Below, in pieces: positions 56,563 through 64,000 of a DNA stretch of 64,000 nucleotides. Source of the stretch: Tetramitus jugosus (taxonomy: Eukaryota; Protista; Heterolobosea). The notes beneath the pieces were generated by a model. The model searched no databases, had not been told where the DNA came from, and saw only the letters and a program-made list of their open reading frames with translations. Location of the stretch: contig OW569359.1 of assembly GCA_937625935.1 (NCBI GenBank), positions 434,001-498,000 of the forward strand. The letters are read 5' to 3'. How positions within the stretch are numbered: the stretch's first letter is position 1; each line of letters begins with the position of its first letter. The translations under genes were made by a program, and so were the position numbers.

Positions 56563-57255
56563 CTAATTTTGTTGAGAATCTGTCCACAAGAGATCCAATT
56601 CAGGCTTCTCTTCAATGTCAGTCATCCTTTGCTTAATCAAATTCTGAATGTCCATCTGAACTTGCTCAATCGATTGAGATGCATCCACAATGCAAACCTT
56701 TGAGTCCTTAATACCATTCCACTCAAACAATTGCATAAACTTTTCTCTTACAATCTTCTGGAAGGCTACCTTCTCATATCTCTCCTCTCCGTAGGCACTT
56801 CTCTTGGCTGCCACTTCTGGATCGACATCCAAAAAGATGACAACATCAGGCTCAGGCAACCCCACATCACAATTCCTACACCAGTCCATTGAAAGTCCCT
56901 TGGTTGCAGAATAGGCGACACCAGAGTAAGCATAGCGACCACAGACAATGGAAGTGCCTTGCCGTATCAGAGCTTTCAATTCATTCTCCTTTTCCCATCG
57001 ATTGGCAGAGAACATGAGATGAATGGCCTTATCATTCATGTTTTGCTTGTTTCTCAGGTAGGCGTCACAAGATTGACCAATTGTTGTGCTCCGATCTGGA
57101 AAATTCCATTCTTCAACAACAACTGAACATGGATGGTCCTGTTGCTGTTGTTGGAGGAATTGACAAGTTTTTTGAATCTGGGTGCTCTTGCCACAACGAT
57201 CCAATCCTTCAATTACAATAAACAGACCTCTCTTTCGTACCACACTTGTCGACAT
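56563..57255 (-). CDS. DTYMK: Thymidylate kinase (dTMP kinase)
   Basis: RGLFIVIEGLDRCGKSTQ, FPDRST, HLMFSANRWE, GLPEPD and YGEERYE. Confidence 0.95.
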   Translation of the reverse strand: MSTSVVRKRGLFIVIEGLDRCGKSTQIQKTCQFLQQQQQDHPCSVVVEEWNFPDRSTTIGQSCDAYLRNKQNMNDKAIHLMFSANRWEKENELKALIRQGTSIVCGRYAYSGVAYSATKGLSMDWCRNCDVGLPEPDVVIFLDVDPEVAAKRSAYGEERYEKVAFQKIVREKFMQLFEWNGIKDSKVCIVDASQSIEQVQMDIQNLIKQRMTDIEEKPELDLLWTDSQQN

Positions 57256-57280
57256 GATGTTTCTGTTGTTTGTTGTGAAT

Positions 57281-57290
57281 TTGGCGCCAA
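57281..57290. promoter_or_regulatory. E2F-like palindrome TTGGCGCCAA in the dTMP kinase/galM divergent promoter
   Basis: Perfect palindrome 26 nt upstream of the dTMP kinase ATG; the identical 10-mer occurs at 61121. Confidence 0.5.
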
Positions 57291-57347
57291 TATTCTGCTA
57301 AATTCGATTTTGTAACGGTCAGACAGAAATCAGAATGTTCCATTCAG

Positions 57348-58502
57348 ATGTCCGGATCTCAAGGAAGGAAAAAAAGAAAGAAAACCAATCTGAGAGAAAT
57401 GTCAAAGAGTAAATCACATCTGAGTCTGATCTCCAATGGCTTTGGCAATGGCTATGACCTGTACTCGCTGCACAATTCCAAGAATACCACTGTAGAGATC
57501 ACAAACTACGGTGCAACCATCACAAGAATTCAAACTGTTGATAAGCAAGGTCAAAAAGGCTGTATTACTCTGGGATTCGACGACTGGGATCAACATGTAA
57601 AGCATTCGAGGTATTTTGGCTGCATTGTCGGTCGATATGCCAATCGGATTGCACTTGGAAAGTTTCCGCTCGTTGTAAGGTCTGCTCGCGACGATGAGGA
57701 AGAGGAGAAGACTGTGGTTTATGAACTGTTGGCCAAGAATAATGGAGAAAATCATTTACATGGTGGAACAGAGGGCTTCGACAAGAAGAAATGGGAGTTG
57801 ATTGAGGATATTAAGGATCACGACAATCATTCCATTGTTGGTGTGAAGCTGCAGTATGTGAGTGCAGATGGAGAGGAAGGATATCCAGGTGAATTGACTA
57901 CACAGGTCACCTATACTCTCAATGAGGACAATGAGTTGAGAATCGAGTACGATGCGTGGGTCAATGGCAATCAACAAACCATTTTGAACTTGACCAATCA
58001 CTCGTACTTTAACTTGACTGGTGATGCAGTTAAGGAAAACGTTTTGGACCACCAAGTGACAATTTGTGCTGACAAGATCACAGGAGTAAACCAGAGTTTG
58101 ATTCCAACAGGTGAGTTGGTCTCTGTACAGGGCACACCACTCGACTTTAGACAGTCGCACTCTATTGGTGAACGTCTTCATCAGATTGAGCCCGGATACG
58201 ACCATAATTACGTATTGAACAAGAAGCAACAGTCTGGTGATTTGGAGTTGGCAGCTACTGTGTGTGAACCAAAATCGGGTAGAACAATGGAGTGCTACAC
58301 AACTCAACCAGGTGTTCAATTCTACACTGGCAATTTCCTTTCGCAAGATGTTCACACATTTGACAAGTATCATGGTTTTTGCTTGGAGACTCAACACTAT
58401 CCTGATTCTCCCAATCATCCAGAATTCCCAACAACAGTGTTGAAACCAAACGAGCATTTCAAGGAAGTGACCGTGTACAAGTTTGGTGTGAAGAATGAGT
58501 AG
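57348..58502 (+). CDS. galM: Aldose 1-epimerase (galactose mutarotase); start may be ATG 57399
   Basis: GRYANRI, HLHGG, NLTNHSYFNL, YDHNY and FCLETQ. Confidence 0.95.
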   Translation: MSGSQGRKKRKKTNLREMSKSKSHLSLISNGFGNGYDLYSLHNSKNTTVEITNYGATITRIQTVDKQGQKGCITLGFDDWDQHVKHSRYFGCIVGRYANRIALGKFPLVVRSARDDEEEEKTVVYELLAKNNGENHLHGGTEGFDKKKWELIEDIKDHDNHSIVGVKLQYVSADGEEGYPGELTTQVTYTLNEDNELRIEYDAWVNGNQQTILNLTNHSYFNLTGDAVKENVLDHQVTICADKITGVNQSLIPTGELVSVQGTPLDFRQSHSIGERLHQIEPGYDHNYVLNKKQQSGDLELAATVCEPKSGRTMECYTTQPGVQFYTGNFLSQDVHTFDKYHGFCLETQHYPDSPNHPEFPTTVLKPNEHFKEVTVYKFGVKNE

Positions 58503-58589
58503 TCTTGCTTTATTCAACAACAAAGATATTATCACCTGGGATGTCATGAACCAAGGAGAACATATGGAGCACCACAAATCTTTCTTGCA

Positions 58590-61049
58590 TTATTCAATAA
58601 CAATTGCAAACTTTTCACATATTCCCCTCAGATATGCGTCAATTTTCTGGATGGCACCAATGCTAGAATCATCTTCAATCAACTGGAAAGCATCTTCACT
58701 GTTTATACCTTTGGGGGTAACACTCGTCATATCCCGACCCTTCTTTGTCTCTTTCACAACAGGGTTAATTCGTATCAACGAGGCTCCATATATTTGCGTT
58801 TGTTTCAGTAATGTTTCAGATTGATTTCTAACTGCTGCTTCTGCTCCGAATTCTACAATCGTTAACTTCTTGTCTGGTTCGGCCGTCATTGCCTTTTTAA
58901 CATCAGCGCACCAAGCTCGATATCTCGTACTGGATCCTGGTATGAATGCTTTGTCTTCAAACATTTTAACTCTCGGTCGAGCTAATCCTCTACATTGGCT
59001 GCAGAATTGTCGATTCATGACGGGGACTTTAGATTCCTTCTGACGCAACTCTTGCTCTATTTTATCCCGTTCTCCAGATCGGCTCTGAGAAGCTCTGTGG
59101 GCAGCAGGATGGTGATGTGATGTGCTCGTACTCCTTCCAGATCCCGATGGAGTGGTTGTGCTTGAATGCATGGCTGGTGCATTTGTTTTAACGTAGTTTG
59201 TAATGGGCATATCAATAAATAGAGTTACTACTTCTATTCTCCCATCAATGTCATACTGAATCGCTCGTATTCTTAATCTATGCAAAGAATCTTTCGCATT
59301 TAGAATAAAATCAATGAGCTGTCCCGCAGTATTTGGATCAATTTGATCACTATCTAGAACTGGCCTTGACACATGTTCGACCATATATTGGCCACATATT
59401 TGCCATGGCTTATCATCAGGTGTTATGAACTCTCTCGCTATATTTTTACCTCTTAAGCGCAATGGTTCTACTACGAGGCTAATATATCCGGCGTACGGTA
59501 GAACGTGAGAAACGGTCGGAACTCCTCCCTGAGATTCCTGCACATTAACAATCATGGAGTCAACGTACAATCCTGTATTCTCTCGTCTTTTTCGTATTCT
59601 TGGGCCTATATTCTCATATTGATACTTCAGATGGGGAACTCCATCTGTGTCTATAATCTGTACACTGAAGGAAAACAAACTGTCAGATCCCGGTACAATC
59701 AAATCATCCAAAAGGTCTTCCTTTCGTTTTGGTTGGGTATTAAACTTCTCTAAGTAAGATTCTCTCTCGTTCTCCAGTATTACTAGCTCTTCATTTAAAT
59801 TCTTGGAATAAAATGATATATGCTGAATGAGTGGATCCAAGATTTGGACTTCGACAACACCTTGATCAACTGGATCGAGCATCCCTGAGAATAGATAATG
59901 ATGTAACTCATTGTGTCCTGATTCGCTGGAACTGAATATATCATGTCTGAATAGAGTAGCATGTTTTACATTTCCTTTGGTAGAAGCAAGACTCTCAATA
60001 GCACTGAGAGGGTGTAACACTCCATTACTTCCATGAATAGAACTAAAGTTGTTTCTTGCACTTGGTCTATAGTACTGTTCAGGATTTCGTACCTGGTCCG
60101 CCACATCAGGCAAGAAGTATCTAAAATACATTGCTCTCTTCTCGAGTAAATGGTGAGATAAAAAATTTTTTGTTCGCTTAGCAATTGACTTTCCAGTCCG
60201 TGGCGTCGTTACAAATCTCGAGTTGGAACCTTCTCTTGGGTTGGTATTGTATTCATTGTAGTCATTAGCGAGTTGATCGTAATGAAATCTACCGTGTGGA
60301 TCATAAAAGTTGAAATCCTCCACATCACCTACAAATCCACTCATGGAAGCTGAACCGGCCGAGTTAGATAACATAGTTTCTCGCTTCTTCTTAATGTTTG
60401 GTGCTTCCACATATTTTATCGGTGGTGCTCGACCATTCTCCAACACTTCGAATCGAAACTCATCATCAATCCTCCAAAATTGTTTGGAACATGGTTGAGC
60501 ACATTGCCAACTCACAATATTGCCCTTTGTTTCATAAAATTCAGTTGGTAAGAATCCAACCTTTTCAACATCGCCATCCATGTTACTCGTCAGGTAGAAA
60601 AATCGCTTCGAACGAGCAATGGAACCAAGAGCCGATGATGATCTTCCCTCATCGGGAGTACCTTTCAATTTGCTAGCAACTGACTTATCATCCATAAATC
60701 TCTCATCCTCTTCTTTAAATAGAGCATTCCTCCAACCAAGCATCATTGGATAACAATCATTCATTCTCATTCTCTGAAATCGATTCAACACTTGTCCCCA
60801 GACACCATAAAATAAATCACCATCCTTTGTAATCCATTGAGGATTGTTCAGGGCTTTTAGTGTCAATTCAGCCTCCGAATAGGCCTTACAATTGGATACG
60901 ACATCACTGAGCACTTGATTTCCACTCACGAGCGAAAAGTTTTCTCCCACGACAATAATTACAAAGTAGGACAGAAAAATACTCTCGGCTGCCTTTTCAT
61001 ATGGATCAGCCTTCTTGTTCCTTCTGAACCGCTTAAATTGCTTATTCAT
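58590..61049 (-). CDS. Degenerate sirtuin (SIR2-like) fold with a ~495-aa insertion in the Zn module
   Basis: AAESI..IIVVGENFS, LTSNMDG, FYETKGNIVSWQCAQPC ... CSQCRGLARPRVKMFED, TIVEFGA..AVR and LIRINP. Confidence 0.75.
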   Translation of the reverse strand: MNKQFKRFRRNKKADPYEKAAESIFLSYFVIIVVGENFSLVSGNQVLSDVVSNCKAYSEAELTLKALNNPQWITKDGDLFYGVWGQVLNRFQRMRMNDCYPMMLGWRNALFKEEDERFMDDKSVASKLKGTPDEGRSSSALGSIARSKRFFYLTSNMDGDVEKVGFLPTEFYETKGNIVSWQCAQPCSKQFWRIDDEFRFEVLENGRAPPIKYVEAPNIKKKRETMLSNSAGSASMSGFVGDVEDFNFYDPHGRFHYDQLANDYNEYNTNPREGSNSRFVTTPRTGKSIAKRTKNFLSHHLLEKRAMYFRYFLPDVADQVRNPEQYYRPSARNNFSSIHGSNGVLHPLSAIESLASTKGNVKHATLFRHDIFSSSESGHNELHHYLFSGMLDPVDQGVVEVQILDPLIQHISFYSKNLNEELVILENERESYLEKFNTQPKRKEDLLDDLIVPGSDSLFSFSVQIIDTDGVPHLKYQYENIGPRIRKRRENTGLYVDSMIVNVQESQGGVPTVSHVLPYAGYISLVVEPLRLRGKNIAREFITPDDKPWQICGQYMVEHVSRPVLDSDQIDPNTAGQLIDFILNAKDSLHRLRIRAIQYDIDGRIEVVTLFIDMPITNYVKTNAPAMHSSTTTPSGSGRSTSTSHHHPAAHRASQSRSGERDKIEQELRQKESKVPVMNRQFCSQCRGLARPRVKMFEDKAFIPGSSTRYRAWCADVKKAMTAEPDKKLTIVEFGAEAAVRNQSETLLKQTQIYGASLIRINPVVKETKKGRDMTSVTPKGINSEDAFQLIEDDSSIGAIQKIDAYLRGICEKFAIVIE

Positions 61050-61120
61050 CTTCTGGATTGGAGAATCGCTCCAGAATTTCCAGTTTTGCGTAAATAACCG
61101 CTCTCAGAGGAGAATTAATT

Positions 61121-61130
61121 TTGGCGCCAA
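61121..61130. promoter_or_regulatory. E2F-like palindrome TTGGCGCCAA in the sirtuin-like/M20 divergent promoter
   Basis: Identical to the 57281 site. Confidence 0.45.
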
Positions 61131-61360
61131 GAATTTTCCTCACTTGCTTCGTCCTTGCTTGTTGAGAAATGGATAAGCTTTTTCACAATCATGGAATACT
61201 ATATGGTCAAACATATTCATATTCATGGTGGGTACTCCCAGCAACGCACAGCGAGATCGTGTTTTTTCGGAAGTTTGCTTAATGGTCCCGATCTCCGCTC
61301 AACAAAAAACACGGAAAAGAAGCTTCCAAACCAACCAACAACAAAAAGCAAAAAACAAAA

Positions 61361-62999
61361 ATGCCATCTACACTCGATTCCACACAAGTCAAAGAATTTG
61401 TTTCCTCTGAATGGGACAAATCCATTATCCCTGTTCTCTGTGAATACATCAAGATCCCTAATCTCTCACCTGATTTTGATCCTGATATTTTGACCAATGG
61501 TCTTCAGGATGAGGCCATTGATCTCATGGTTGACTGGGTTAAGCAACAAAATGTTCAAGGTTTGACATTGGAGATTATTAGAGAAGAAGGACGTACTCCA
61601 GTCATTTACATGGAAGTGCCTTCGACTGTAGGTAATGATGCTGCTGTTCAACCAGGAACTGTTCTCATGTATGGTCATATGGACAAGGTATGATATATAA
61701 TCGATGATTGATTGTAGAATATTTGTGTGCTTTGTTCGTTGTGCGATGAGCTACAGAAAATTGTTTTTATTGTTCATTGTCGCTCACATTTGTCTTTTTG
61801 TGCTTCTTTTTGTTGTTGTTTGTTCTCTCTGTGTTGTTGTTTTGTGTTACATTCGTACGTAGCAACCACCATTCACTGGTTGGGACGAAGGACTTGGACC
61901 ATACACTCCAGTGATCAAGAACTGGAGAGATGGCAACCCTGTATTGTACGGCAGAGGTGGTGCTGATGATGGTTATGCCATTTTTGCCAGTATTACTGCC
62001 ATTCAAGCACTCAAGAGACAAAATGTTCCTCACGGAAAGATTATTGTCATTATTGAAGCAAGTGAGGAGAGTGGATCACCTGATTTGATGTTCTATGTCG
62101 GTGCATTGAAGGACAGAATTGGTCAACCAAACTTTGTCATTTGTTTGGACAGTGGTGCAGGCAACTATGAACAATTGTGGTTGACTACATCCTTGAGAGG
62201 TATTGTTTTGGGTACTTTGACTGTTTCTTTGTTGAATGAAGGTGTTCACAGTGGATCTGGCTCTGGTGTCGTTGCGGATTCATTCCGTGTTGCACGTATG
62301 CTTCTCTCTCGTTTGGAGGATGAGAACACTGGTGAGATTGTGTTTGATGCACTCAAGGTTGACATTCCAGAACAAAGAGTGGAACAAACAAGAGCTACTG
62401 CCTCTGTTTTGGGCAGTGGTATCTTCCAGAGCATGCCAGCCGTGTCTGGTGTGAAACCAGTTGTCGAAGATGTGACCGAGTTGTTGTTGAACAAGACTTG
62501 GAGACCAACATTGTCCATTACTGGTGCTGGTGGTTTGCCTGCTGTCGAGAAGGCTGGAAACGTCTTGAGACCAGTGACCTCCTTGAAGTTGAGCATCAGA
62601 GTTCCACCAACACTCGATGCTGAAGCTGCCAAGATTGCTGTCAAGAAATTGCTCGAGAGCAACCCACCATATGGCGCAAAGGTCATCTGTGACATGGGAC
62701 ATGTTGGTTCTGGATGGGCTGCACCAGATATTTCCGACTGGGTCAACAATGCACTCCAAGAGTCCTCTCAAACATACTTTGGAAAGCAATGCTTGTTCCA
62801 AGGTGAAGGAGGTTCCATTCCATTCATGGCTCAATTGGGTCACGCTTATCCAAAGGCTCAATTCGCCATCATGGGATTGTTGGGACCTGCTTCCAACGCT
62901 CATGGACCAAACGAATTCCTTCACATTCCATACGGCAAGAAGTTGACAATGTGTGTCTGTGAATTGTTGGCTCAACATGCTAACGTTGCTGACAATTAA
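61361..62999 (+). CDS. M20 family metallopeptidase (CNDP2/Dug1/DapE-like); intron 61688..61862
   Basis: YGHMDK|QPP across a 175-nt intron; YGRGGADDG, EASEESGS, EGGSIP and NAHGPNE. Confidence 0.93.
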
Positions 63000-63050
63000 A
63001 GTTGCGTACAAGCTATTGGTCCGTTTCAACAAATTTTCGTTCTTTATTGT

Positions 63051-63680
63051 TTATCTCTTCTCCCTACAGGTACCCTTCCACCACCACACTGTCGGTCCTA
63101 CGGCAAATGCACAGGCAAAAAGGAGTTGAAAGCAGGCAGTACTGTACACTACGAAGTCCACCGACGAACTATTTAGCCTTCCATACGACTGTGAGCGTCT
63201 GGGGCAGTACAGTAAACAGGCAACACCAATCACCACTATCAAACCACCAATAAACATACTTCCTAATGCAATGGTCGCACCTCCAAATAATCTAGTCAGT
63301 GTCGCATCACACAGGGAGTTTGAATGCTTGGAACAATAGCCATTGGGAGAAGCGAAGTGTGAACCTCTTCCCACTCAAGTGCAATTCTTACCGTTAGACA
63401 TAACAGAAGACTTACACAATTCTTTGTTATTAAAAGTGAGAGGATTACCACAGGGACACAATCCGTCTTTGGTGCAAATGTCGATTGTTCCCAAAGATGC
63501 ATATGTTCGACAAACTACACATCCAATTGTGGATTGACACTCATGAATATTTACTTTGGAACAGTTGTCCTCTGAAGTCAGTCGCCTTGAGGAAAAAGTG
63601 GTCAACGAGTGTGCCTGGCACTGGATGATAAACAATAAAAACAAGAGAATAAGACTTAAAATTAGTGAGTATGAATTCAT
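63051..63680 (-). CDS. Signal peptide + Cys-rich ectodomain + two TM helices, with an in-frame TGA at 63375-63377
   Basis: Two track ORFs abut in the same frame (NCT*VGRG...); Cys-rich character continues past the stop into hydrophobic helices. Confidence 0.6.
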
Positions 63681-64000
63681 ATTGGGTGATTTGCTGTTTT
63701 CTGCGTGCTTTGTTGGATCTATTGTTGTTTCTTCACCTTTTTTGTATTCAACAACCCTTTACAAAATGTTGTTGTATTTTTCCGATCTGAAAACTGTTTT
63801 ATACATCAAACTGACAGATGCTGAACATTTTAGGCTGGTTCGAATGATTTGTTGTTGGACAAAAACATTAATAACTTAACATGTTTTATTCTATTATGTG
63901 AAACAACATTATTATGAGTGCTGAGCAAGATACATTTCGATTCTTGTTGTAATCTCCCGCACAACAAAGCTTACGTCATTTCTTCTCTTGCCAATCTGTA

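Noticed and set aside
57756-58577. 273-aa antisense ORF over galM
   Set aside because: Shadow of codon bias on the opposite strand of a conserved gene; no motifs.
59004-60488. Intein or mobile element in the sirtuin-like gene
   Set aside because: No C/S-start or HN-C/S/T splice junctions, no LAGLIDADG motifs, no terminal repeats.
62246-63032. 167- and 250-aa antisense ORFs over the M20 peptidase
   Set aside because: Antisense shadows of a highly biased CDS.
1-64000. Alternative nuclear genetic code
   Set aside because: TAA, TAG and TGA each terminate conserved proteins at expected positions, and long ORFs translate cleanly with the standard code.
1-64000. tRNA, rRNA or transposon genes
   Set aside because: No cloverleaf or T-loop context, rRNA-like tract, transposase/RT ORF or terminal repeats recognised by eye; tRNAscan-SE and Infernal would be needed to exclude small RNAs.

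Overview
Gene-dense (~37 genes in 64 kb, intergenic gaps often <200 bp), roughly 40% GC nuclear DNA of a unicellular eukaryote. Introns are few and short (~54-175 nt, GT-AG, often with a CTAAC/TTAAC branch motif). Gene content (neurofibromin, ULK4/RUNKEL, CFAP53, PROSER3-like, AprA/PqaA, F-box/LRR proteins, class III cyclase) suggests a phagotrophic amoeba or amoeboflagellate; a heterolobosean/discoban identity is a guess only. I found no rRNA, tRNA, CRISPR array or recognisable transposon. The most notable observations are: (1) an intron-containing MHYT-sensor/adenylyl cyclase fusion; (2) a catalytically degenerate sirtuin whose Zn-ribbon is split by ~495 aa; (3) a BRCT-archaemetzincin fusion; (4) several reading-frame interruptions that may be recoding, editing or assembly error, namely a TAA followed by an 88-codon in-frame extension with synonymous-site signal, an in-frame TGA in a Cys-rich membrane protein, and a +1 frameshift in a PhoD gene; (5) two microproteins, one SMIM30-like; (6) recurrent E2F-like promoter motifs and a 26-bp phased promoter repeat. 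All family assignments come from motif recognition by eye; no searches were run.
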